Shown piece after piece: positions 1-10,000 of a stretch of DNA of 64,000 nucleotides. Below the pieces are notes generated by a model, which was not told the DNA's origin, searched no databases, and was given only the letters and a program-made list of their open reading frames with translations. How positions within the stretch are numbered: the stretch's first letter is position 1; each line of letters opens with the position of its first letter. Origin of the DNA: an uncultured Desulfospira sp. Its GTDB lineage: Bacteria; Desulfobacterota; Desulfobacteria; Desulfobacterales; Desulfobacteraceae. Where the stretch lies: positions 3,552,001 to 3,616,000 of the forward strand of contig OY760175.1 in assembly GCA_963663165.1 (NCBI GenBank). Direction: 5' to 3'. The position numbers and the translations under genes were made by a program.

Positions 1-2
1 AA

Positions 3-686
3 CGGTTATTTGGCAAGCTCAATAACCTGGCCAAAAATATCTGTAATGATCCCGATTTCATTCGATCTATTGATGATCTTGAATGGCGGACCCTGCTTTT
101 TGATGACCTCCGGAGAAAAATGCGTATTGCAGATCCTTCCGGACGGAACGGCTTGAATGATGATGGATCGAACAAATCCATGAACAGTATCCAAAAAGCC
201 GTAGGCCGATTCCGTTCGAGACTTGATAAAAACACCAAGTACAAAAGAGATCTGCTTTGTCAAAAGTTGGCTAAACAGATCGATAAATACGATGAACGAC
301 TGTTTGCAGATCCCATTGAGGTCGACACTCCGTCCGGAAAAATAACCATCTATCCTCAGCGCACCAACAACCTGTTGGAACAATTTTTTCGGGGGCTGCG
401 CCGTGATCATCGAAGAAAAACCGGTAACAACTCAATGCGGCGGATTTTGCATGCAATGCTGGCTGACACGCCCCTGATAAAAAATTTGGGAAATCCTGAG
501 TATATGCACTTGCTTCTGAATGGGAAGAAAAATCTTGAAGAACTGTTCGCGGACCTCGAAATCGACGGATATGAACCTATTTCTTCAATTTCTCATACCG
601 ACCGGGTACTGCCGGGCTTTAGGAAATTGATAATAATGGATAATCTGCCGGAAAAAATTCAACTGGCTTTGGAGAAATGTTCATGA
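3..686 (+). CDS. Transposase, C-terminal part (gene runs off the left edge)
   Basis: Frame is open from base 3 to TGA at 684-686. Motif PQRTNNLLEQFFRGLRRDHRRKTG resembles the TNNxxE..FR..(K/R)R region around the catalytic Glu of DDE transposases. Family not assigned. Confidence 0.65.
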   Translation, partial: RLFGKLNNLAKNICNDPDFIRSIDDLEWRTLLFDDLRRKMRIADPSGRNGLNDDGSNKSMNSIQKAVGRFRSRLDKNTKYKRDLLCQKLAKQIDKYDERLFADPIEVDTPSGKITIYPQRTNNLLEQFFRGLRRDHRRKTGNNSMRRILHAMLADTPLIKNLGNPEYMHLLLNGKKNLEELFADLEIDGYEPISSISHTDRVLPGFRKLIIMDNLPEKIQLALEKCS

Positions 687-751
687 TTCTACAAAATCCA
701 ACTGAATTTTGTGGTCATAGAATTTACCTGTTGAATCTTTCCACTTATATT

Positions 752-1258
752 CTATCTCAAATTTGATATTCCTTCTTTTCTACTGAACCTGGAAATTCCT
801 AAAACACCAATTCCCAACAAAATTATAGTTGAGGGAATCGGCACAGATGAATAAGTCAAATCAACCTGGCCTATTATATAATCGCCTTCACTTGAGGAGC
901 CTTTGCTAAAGCTTATTAGATTTAATCCATCAATTAGCATTCCAGTCACATCAAAGGTTATATATTGCGGATTAGGAAAATATGCTTGATTAGCCACAAA
1001 ATTCCCTGCAAGAGATCCATTAAAATAGACATTAACGTCAACGTCAGGGCTGTTATAAAGGCCAAATTTAATATCTAAAGTTGCACTAAAAGAATTCGAA
1101 GGTGTCACTGCATTTAGTTCGACTTCAACATTTCCTGCACTGTCACTAACCCCGGTTATACCCAGATCCCCTGTCGACACAATAGCGGCTTCGCTTTTGG
1201 TCATCAAACCCACAGATAACAATGTCAATATTAACCCAATTAGAATTTTTTTCCCCAT
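752..1258 (-). CDS. PEP-CTERM/VPLPA-CTERM-type sorting-signal surface protein
   Basis: Start re-called at MGKKILIG (signal peptide ending SEA-A). C-terminus VPIPSTIILLGIGVLGISRFSRK gives VP(I/L)P motif, TM helix and basic tail. Markedly AT-rich. Confidence 0.8.
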   Translation of the reverse strand: MGKKILIGLILTLLSVGLMTKSEAAIVSTGDLGITGVSDSAGNVEVELNAVTPSNSFSATLDIKFGLYNSPDVDVNVYFNGSLAGNFVANQAYFPNPQYITFDVTGMLIDGLNLISFSKGSSSEGDYIIGQVDLTYSSVPIPSTIILLGIGVLGISRFSRKEGISNLR

Positions 1259-1374
1259 AACATACCCCCATAATGTTGATGTCACTAATAAATGAAATAG
1301 TATACATTGATGACTGTTAACGCACTCTTTATGATAATAAATCCCTTTTTTAGGTTCAAGGCAGCCAAAGGCGG

Positions 1375-4002
1375 TCATTGGGATTCAACCGTACAGCCAA
1401 AATAAACCCGGAACAGCAGCAGGTCCCACTGGTTGACTTCACCATCCAGGGTGAGGTCTCCGCTGGCACCCGGGGCTAAACCGGTAAGGCCCATCAGGCC
1501 GCTGAAAATGGCAACATCCTTTCCGTCCACATCCCCGTCATTGTCCAGGTCGGCATCTGGGCTGCACGGGAAATCCGGGGAATACCCATAGACCCGGGTG
1601 AACCATTCAAGATCTGTGGCGTCAACCAAACCGTCTGAATTAAAATCGGCCCGGTCTATCATATCGGCATCCACAATGGTGCCGGTCAAAATGCCCATGA
1701 GCAGCGAAAGATCCTTGCCGTCAATATCCCAATCCTGGTCCAGGTCGCCGTACCGGGGCGGGTAGAAAGGCCGGTTGCCGCTGTCGGCCGGGTTAAAGCC
1801 GGTATGGTATTCTTCGCCGTCCCAGTATCCGTCCTTGTCGCTGTCCGTATCAAAGGGATCGGTGCCGCTGTCGATTTCCAGGGTATTGGTCAGGCCGTCA
1901 TTGTCCTCGTCGCCTGAAGCGGTAAAGGTGGTAAACGACCAGACAGGCCCTTCAGCCTGAGCCCCGTGGGTGTCCGTTGCAATGATCTGCCAGAAATAGG
2001 TGGTGCCGAATAATAACTGCGCTGGCTCGTAGATTTCAAGGTCCAGGGTGGCCAGGGATTCAAGGGTCTCTTCACTCATCCCCATCAGGACCTCGTACTC
2101 AACCTCATCCCCGTCCGGATCTCCGCCGGTCCACAGCAGTGTCAGATCAACCGACATATTTTCGGCTTCATCCCCGGGTTCCGGATAAGAGGGCACATCA
2201 GGTGCCGCATTCTCGGCCGGGTCGGTATTGTAAAGATATTCATCCAGATCCGTTATTCCGTCACCGTCATAATCCCCGGTGCCGTCACGGTCCAGGGTGC
2301 CGAAATGATCAAGCTCCCACTGGTCGTCCATGCCGTCCCCGTCTGAGTCAATTTCAGAATAGATCACCAGGGTGGCGGTCCGGGAATGGGCTAATTCGCC
2401 GTCCGAGGCCGTGAAGGTCACGGTATAGGATCCGGCCTGGCCGGTTGCCGGGGTCCAGTCAAACAGGCCCTCACCGTCCCCCTTGTCCTGAAAGGATGCC
2501 CCGGCCGGCAGGGTGGACGTTGACAAAGATGGAATGGTGCCGTTGGGGTCACTTGCCTCAACAATAAACGACAACTGCCGTGTTTCGCTGCGTTTTTTGT
2601 CCGGGATGTATTGAAGCACCGGGGCCTGGGCCAGCACTTCCGGATCTTCGAACACGATGGTGTAATAGGTGTCCTCAGGAACATTGGTGTCAAACAGGTA
2701 AAAATGATACTCCCAGGGGTTGTTCTTTTCCCGGGTTTTGCATAGCCAGACATTGTCTTCGGGCATGGCTTTACCGTCGGAACGGATGGCGGACAGGATC
2801 TCCTTGGTGCCGGACAGGGGGTCTGTGAATTTAACCAGCATGGGGCCGTCCGTTTCCGGTACGGTCACGATGTAAGTGGTCTGGGTGCCGCTGGTCCCGC
2901 TTTTCGTCATCGAAGTTGAGGCGGCTCCGCTCTGGTCTGTTACACTGGTCCGGCCCACATTATCCGATTCGTAGACAAGGTAGTCATTGTCGGAGGGATC
3001 TGCGGTTTCCAGGGCCAGAAAATCCCGGATCTCATCCCGGCCATCCAGGTCCACCAGCACATCATGGACCAGAAAATGGGTATTGGCCGCTGAAACCAGG
3101 GAGGTCAGCTCCCCGCCCAGCTCATCGGAGTGGGTATATTCAGCCGTGAATTCCACAAACTCCCCGTAAAGGGAACAGGTCATGATCCACCGGGCCGTGC
3201 CCGCATCATTGGGCGCAATATCGCCAAAGTCCACCAGCAGGCTTTCGCTCTCTTCCTGCCCGTTCACCTCACTGCCATGGATATAAAAATTGATCAAAAG
3301 GCCATGCTCATTTTCCACGATCTTGGGCTGGGCCGATTCAATGGCCAGGGAATGGGCGGTTCCATCGCCGGTGTTGCTCACCCGGACCCCTAAGGAAAAG
3401 GGAATCTCAGCCTCAATTTCATCGGTAAAGGGATCATCGGCGTAAACATAATGGGGAATAAAATAATCCAGAATGAGATCCGGCAACGGCTTGACATAGA
3501 TATAATCCGGGGACACCTCGGTCACATATTCCACACCATTAATGGTGTAGGTTAACTTTGCCCCCACATAATAAAGGGTGCCTGATTCAAACCCCTGGCT
3601 TGCCCCCTGGGCCGGGATAATCAGCCAGTGGATATCGGCCACGGTATCCGCCGCCACAATGCCGGCACCATCAACGTCGTCTATGTTGCTCTTGGTATCC
3701 ACCTTGATGAAAAACAGGGCATTATCATCCTTGGGGTCTGATGAGGCACCCACACTGTTGCCGTCTTCATCGGCAAAGGAAACTTCGATTTTAACATCTT
3801 CTAAGGATACGAGGGTCAGGCCGTTGGTAATCCTCATGTGGGCATCAAAGGCCTGGCGCTCCAGGGTCAGTTCCTGGTCAATCTGGATTTTTACCCGGGC
3901 ACAGACCGATTCATCCCCCATGGCAGTTAAAGGAAAAAACAATCCCGTGGCGGCCAGCACCGCCATCATCACAACTTTGGCAATATATCCATTCTTTTTC
4001 AT
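1375..4002 (-). CDS. Secreted Ca-binding protein with Ig-like domain, TSP3-like Asp repeats and two C-terminal dockerin-like modules
   Basis: 875 aa, Sec signal peptide. DSDGDGMDD, DYDGDGITD and DEDNDGLTN repeats. Paired EF-hand-like loops GDLDQDWDIDGKD/ADFNSDGLVDATD and ADLDNDGDVDGKD/GDLTLDGEVNQWD. Confidence 0.8.
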   Translation of the reverse strand: MKKNGYIAKVVMMAVLAATGLFFPLTAMGDESVCARVKIQIDQELTLERQAFDAHMRITNGLTLVSLEDVKIEVSFADEDGNSVGASSDPKDDNALFFIKVDTKSNIDDVDGAGIVAADTVADIHWLIIPAQGASQGFESGTLYYVGAKLTYTINGVEYVTEVSPDYIYVKPLPDLILDYFIPHYVYADDPFTDEIEAEIPFSLGVRVSNTGDGTAHSLAIESAQPKIVENEHGLLINFYIHGSEVNGQEESESLLVDFGDIAPNDAGTARWIMTCSLYGEFVEFTAEYTHSDELGGELTSLVSAANTHFLVHDVLVDLDGRDEIRDFLALETADPSDNDYLVYESDNVGRTSVTDQSGAASTSMTKSGTSGTQTTYIVTVPETDGPMLVKFTDPLSGTKEILSAIRSDGKAMPEDNVWLCKTREKNNPWEYHFYLFDTNVPEDTYYTIVFEDPEVLAQAPVLQYIPDKKRSETRQLSFIVEASDPNGTIPSLSTSTLPAGASFQDKGDGEGLFDWTPATGQAGSYTVTFTASDGELAHSRTATLVIYSEIDSDGDGMDDQWELDHFGTLDRDGTGDYDGDGITDLDEYLYNTDPAENAAPDVPSYPEPGDEAENMSVDLTLLWTGGDPDGDEVEYEVLMGMSEETLESLATLDLEIYEPAQLLFGTTYFWQIIATDTHGAQAEGPVWSFTTFTASGDEDNDGLTNTLEIDSGTDPFDTDSDKDGYWDGEEYHTGFNPADSGNRPFYPPRYGDLDQDWDIDGKDLSLLMGILTGTIVDADMIDRADFNSDGLVDATDLEWFTRVYGYSPDFPCSPDADLDNDGDVDGKDVAIFSGLMGLTGLAPGASGDLTLDGEVNQWDLLLFRVYFGCTVESQ

Positions 4003-4065
4003 TGTTCTTCCCCAGCCTGTTGTCCCCGTCTATATTTCTTCAAATTGCCGCCCGCCATGTATCCG

Positions 4066-7000
4066 TTAGAATGAAACACTGGCACATCCCCCGGCAGAGC
4101 AGGACAAGGCCCCTAAATCCACACTGCCGTCAAATCCAAGTATGGTTCCTGTCGCACAGTTGCCGGTCACATTTGAAGGCGGAAAAGGCTTTAGGGGAAT
4201 GTCCACAGAGCAGCTGACAGGGCCGAAATTACATGAGCCGTACAGTTTAGCCGACCCCTCGGCTTCCTTTGGACAGCATGTGGTCTTCCCAACACCCATC
4301 AGCGGGCGCCATCCCGGCCCGGCAACACCAACGCAGGCAGCGATACACGCCTCAATGGTAATGACCTCGTCCATTTGCATGGTTTCACAATCACAGCACT
4401 CTTTGGCTTCAAGCTTTCCACTGATCTCAAAACCGGCCAGCCCCATGACCGGCATACACCCGGTAGATCCTTGAAAGCCGGCACTGACACTTCTCGTGCC
4501 AAAGGGATCGATTTTATTGCCGGGGTTGGCATCGGCATACACATAATAATTGATATCAATGTCCGAAAAAGCGCCGAAGCAGGTTTTACCGGCCCGGTAA
4601 TTGCCGACAACCGGACGGTTCCCCAATCCCAACGGATCCGGCTGCAGATACCGGCCGGTTGACGGATCATAATACCTGAAATAATTGTAATGGAGCCCGG
4701 ACTCCTCATCCCTGTAGTGCCCGGGCAGCCGCAGCGGGTTGGTAATGGTAGACCCCGCATCCACCCGGGCCGTCCCATAGACATCATAATCCGCCGACCA
4801 TACCGTTATTCCGTTGATATCCGTCATCTTGACGGGTTTTCCAATCCGGTCGGTATGGTAAAAAAAGCAGTCATCGCCGGTTCTCATAAAGACAGGGTTA
4901 TAAGAGTTCATGGTCCCGGGAACATAACCATAGGTGCGGATAAAATCGCCGTCATCATCACATTCCCCCACCAGCCCTTCATCGGCATAGATGAAAAAGG
5001 TGTTTACCCCGCCAACCTCTTTGCTGATGCGCCGGCCAAAAGGATCATAACCGTATGCGGCAATCTCACCGGCTGAATCGGATTGAATCTTGATCAACCT
5101 GTTTTCATGATCATAGGTGTAGTAGAATTTATCTGTGGCGGTTTCTTTTGAAGCCACATTTCCATTGGCGTCATAGGTGTAGGCGGCACCATCGCCGGCC
5201 GTCAGCTGGTCATTGGTATTATAGGCCCAGGTTCCCGGTGACATCCGGTTGTTCATGCCATCAAAGGTGTATTCGGTGATTCCTCGGGCAGGATCATCCA
5301 CCCGGACCAGGCGATACAGGTTGTCATACGCATAGGAAACCGTTCCGGCCAACGATGATATGGAGGTCACGTTGGCCTGGTTATCCAATTCATAGCCAAG
5401 ATCCATCACCGACGTTCCGCCCGGGTCTTTGGCCGTAATGGCCTTGGCCTGGTTGAAGGCATCGTATTCAAATTCTTTCAGGGTTCCTCCCGGCAGCAGG
5501 ATGCTGGCGGGGCTGGACCATTCATAGGCGTTGTAAGAGACAATCCCCGCATCCGGAATGGAGATGGTGCTGATCCGGTTGTCTTTGGTATGGGTGTAGT
5601 CAACCGTTATTCCGTCGGGGCCGGTAAAGCTTTTGACCAGTCCATTGCCGTAATACGCATACGCATAGGTCTTGGTAAAGGAACCATAATGCACAGTCGC
5701 GGAGGTTTTCTGATGGGCCCGGTCATATGTAAATTCTGCGGACAGGGTTCCGTCACTATAACCGGTCATGTTCCCGCCCATATCCCAGGTAAAGGTCACG
5801 GTTTTAGACGCAGTTGTTTCACCGGCATTGATATAACGGATGGCCGCCAGTTTATTAACGGCATTGTAATCATATGCCGTAACCTGTCCTTTGGCATCGG
5901 TCCGGCTTGCCAAATTTCCGTTCTCATCATAGGTATACGTGGTTTCCTGCCCGCCAGGCCGGGTTTCCTTAACCAGCCGGTTGTTCAAATCGTATTCAAA
6001 GGCAGTGGTGTGTCCGTTGGCATCAGTTAAGCCGGTCATGTTTTTTTGTTCATCATAGGTATAGGAGATACTGGTCCCGCCGGGCCGGATTTCCTTAACC
6101 TTTCTTCCCACAGCGTCATATTCATAGCTGGTGGTCAGGCCGTTCATGTCGGTAACGGCAGTGACATTGCCCGTCTCATCATACTCGGTGGTCCGCTCCC
6201 GGGCGGCTGTGCCGTCAAGGGGTTCATACCGGTCCCTTATTTTCCGGCCCAGGCGGTCATAATCCTGGCCCACTTCCATGGTGGGATACTGTATCACTGA
6301 CGGCTCCCCGGTTCCCGAACCGGAGCAGGCCGGGCATCCCACCGCCGAATCCTGGTCATATTCAAAAGTGGCCTGCTTTCCGGCGGAGGTGCCTTTGGAA
6401 ATCAACCGGCCCAAATTGTCATACCCGAAAACCAGATAGCTCCCCTCAGCATCGGTCTGCTGAAGGACCTTGCCTTCGAAATCGCGCTGATAAACGGTTT
6501 CGTTCCCTAAGGGATCGGTCTGTTTGACCAACCGGTCCTTGATGTCATAGGCAAATTGAACCACACCGCCCAGGGGATCGGTCTGCGTTGTCCGGTTGCC
6601 CACGGCATCGTATGTATAGGTAATCACATTGGGCTCGGATTCATCTTCCGAAGGACCGGTTTCCGTTATCAAATTGCCGGCATTATCGTATTCGTACGTC
6701 CAGGTATTTCCCCGGGGATCGGTTTTGGTCAGGGGCATGCCAAGATAGTTGTGGGTGTAAGTTGTTGTATTCCCTTCCGGATCAGTGCTTGAGGTCATAT
6801 TCCCGTATCCATCGTATGCCATTTCTATGACGCTGTCCGGCACGCTCTCATCTCCCATCACAGTGGTCTGTTTTAACTCATTGCCGTATTCGTCATAGGT
6901 GAACTCGTGGATAATCTCATCATCGGTTCCCGGGGCCTGGACCCGCCGGGTCAGGTTCCTGTCGTCATCATATTCATAGGTGACCACGGTTCCGTTCTTT

Positions 7001-10000
7001 TTGACCCGTCTGACTTTTAATTTGGTGGCCGGATCATACTCGGTTTCTTCCACGGACCCGTCAGGATAGGTCTTTTTGATCAACTGGTTCCATTCATCAA
7101 ATTCATAGATGGTTTTATATCCCCGCTCATCGGTTTTGATCCGTTTCCGGTTCCCGTATACATTTTCCTCAATGGTCGTCCCGTTGAGGTCTGTCCGGGT
7201 CACCCGCCCGAGTTCATCATACCAGATTTCCTTTACCCGGCCGTTGGGATAGGTCACCATGGCGTAAATCTCGTTCTGGGCATCGTTCTGGGCATAGCTG
7301 TAGGATGTCCGGTTGCCCTTGTCGTCGACAATGGCCGAAACCCAGCCAAAGGCATTGTATTCCATTTGCGTGGTCCGCCCGGCCGGGTCGGTCTTTGAAA
7401 TCATCCACCCGTTTTCATCATAGGTATACTGGAATGTATTTTCCAGTACATCCGTGACCTGGGTGAGCCGGCCGTCGGCATCATAATCATAAGAGACCTG
7501 CCGGCCGTAACCGTCTTCGACAAGTTTCACCTGTCCGTCTGCGGTATAGTCATACCAGAGAACGGCATTTCCCTTATTGTCTTCGATATGGGAAAGCCGG
7601 TCCGGATCGGTGCTGTCATACACATAGGTAAAATAGGTCTGATCATGGTTTCCCCTGGTTTTAACCCGTCCCTCAAGATCATAACGGATCCAGTTTTCAA
7701 GCTTATCTTTCCATAAAAAGCCGTCTGCGTCCCTGAAGATATGCTTGACCTTATTAAAGGTGTAGACGGTTCCCAGGGCGTCGGATTTTTCGTATTTCAC
7801 CCCGTCTTTTGAAATGGTGTAGGGAATGGAAGCATTGGCTGAATCATAGTTGAGCCCCAGCACCGACCCCACATTTTTAAAGTGCCATTCCTGGTCATAG
7901 TAATACCGGCGGACCGCCAGTGTCTCCCCCGGAATCTTCAAAAACAGATCAACCTCATCATCCTCGTAATCACCGCTCATCAGGTTGACGTAACTGGCCA
8001 CCTCATCTCTGGCAAACTCTTTGCAGCACTCGTCATCCACTTCGCACACCGCAACGATTCTGCAAATCACACCAATGGGAATTTCTTCCGGCGGGGTGTA
8101 ACTGGTGTCGAAGCCTGTAATGGTAAATCCTGGCCCGCCACTGCTGTCACCGGGCTCCGCCGCAAAATTAAAGCAGTCGCCGTCAATATAGACAAACCGT
8201 ACACACCGGACTTCTTCCCAGACACTGCCATTGGTACATTCAAACAAATACCACAGGCAGGTTTCATCCCCGTAGCTGAAGCAGTCTCCCCCGGCACCCT
8301 CATCGTTTCCGGTGAGGCTGGCAAGACAGGTGACCCGGTAAGGAACCGTTATGGATTCCTTGGCTTCAATGGTGTCCGGGATATTGGCCAGAAGCTCATA
8401 TTTAAAATACTCATTGGACTCGGGCAACGTAAACTCAATCTCTTCAGCCCGGATCAGGCCGTAATTGGTAAACCGGATTTCACCGGTGAGCACATCGCCG
8501 GGTTCCATATCCGGCAGGGTAATGGACGCGGGCTCGGCAATGACAACGGCTGCCGGCACATCGGTCTCGTAAGTGGCGTTTAACACCACCTCGTATTTGT
8601 CTTGAATACTGGTCTCCACCACGGACCACTCCACACTGACCAGGTTGTACCCCATGAACACGTCTTCAGTGGCGGTAATGTCCGGTTTGATCCAGACCCG
8701 CCCAATGACCTGGTCATGGTTATCCGCAGTCAAACGGTATTTATACCGGCCTGTGGGAAGGTCTGAAAAGGTAAGCTCACCGTATTGGTCGGTTTGACCG
8801 CTGTAGGTCTGGCTTGTATCGGCTTCATACGCCAAGGTCAGGTTTGCACCGGCAAGCCCCTGAATCACTTCGTTGTTCTCGTCTTTGGTGCCGGTATAAA
8901 TATCCGACACCTTGAACAGGATATTTCCAATCCCGGAATCGGACACCGTCACCCTAACCGGGATATCAACCGCGGTGTAGTTGGAGCTGGTCACCCTGAC
9001 ATAAAAATCATAGTCCCCTTCAGCAGCACTGCCGTCTATGGGGGCAAAAACAACGGATAAATCCATGCTTTCGCCAACGTCAAGGGCGTCCACTCCCGAG
9101 GGCTGGTTCAGCAGTGCCCAGTCCGGCACCGGGGTATCATCCTGGGTGACCAGTTCAATGGCCAGATCCGTAAGCCGGATAAACCCCTGGTTTTCAAGGG
9201 CCAGATTTTCGGTCACACTGTCATCCAAGGCCACGCTGGTTTCAATGGCGCTGGGGGTATAGGAAAGGATGGGACCCACATCGGTGAGCCCGATATCCAC
9301 GGCAAGGGTTCCCAGGCTTCCGTCCGGCTGTTCATCGCTGACCAGGGTAAGGGTCAAAGACAGGGTCTCTTCGGCCGTGTTATCGGCCCACAGGCTGATG
9401 GTGATGGTCCCGGTTTCCCCGGCACCAAGGCTTGAAAGCCCATCGCCCGTATCCACATGAATGCCCTGGGGGATATCTGATGCTTCAAATGCCAGGTGGG
9501 TGGCCGAAGCCGCCTCACCCGCCGTAAGGGTGACCACGATATCCCGGGTATAGTTCCGGGCCATGGTCAGTTCATAGCTTCCCGGTGTAAAGGTGATCCG
9601 GGCGGTGTTTGGATCCGTGATGGTAAAACTGCCCTGAACAGGGCGGTCCCTTAAGTCCGGATGGATAACGCAGACCTGGTATTCCCCGTATTCGCCCTCA
9701 CTGGGTTCAAAGGGATAGGAAAAGCAGCCGTCACTGCCCGTAAACACATCAACGGTTCTCTCAAACCCGTCCAGGGTAATGACCAGGGTCAACGGGACCT
9801 CGGCCAGGGCTGCCCCGTCATTTCGGTCCACGGCCTGACCGGTGATCACGATATCCTGATCACCCAGGGATTCATCGGGGTCAATGCTTAACAGTTCACC
9901 GGTATAGGCCGTATCCACCAGGGTGATGTCCCGGCCGGTTTGCACCCCGTCCATTTCCACGGCCGGATCTTCTCCCAGGTGGTAATAGACACTGCTGATT

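Noticed and set aside
1259..1378. 40-aa N-terminal extension of the PEP-CTERM ORF in the track
   Set aside because: The signal peptide starts at the ATG at 1258; the extension is AT-rich intergenic-like sequence.
3578..4474. Plus-strand ORFs near the RHS tip as possible immunity genes
   Set aside because: They are antisense to real genes and lack protein-like features; the 63-bp gap after the RHS stop has no room for a gene.
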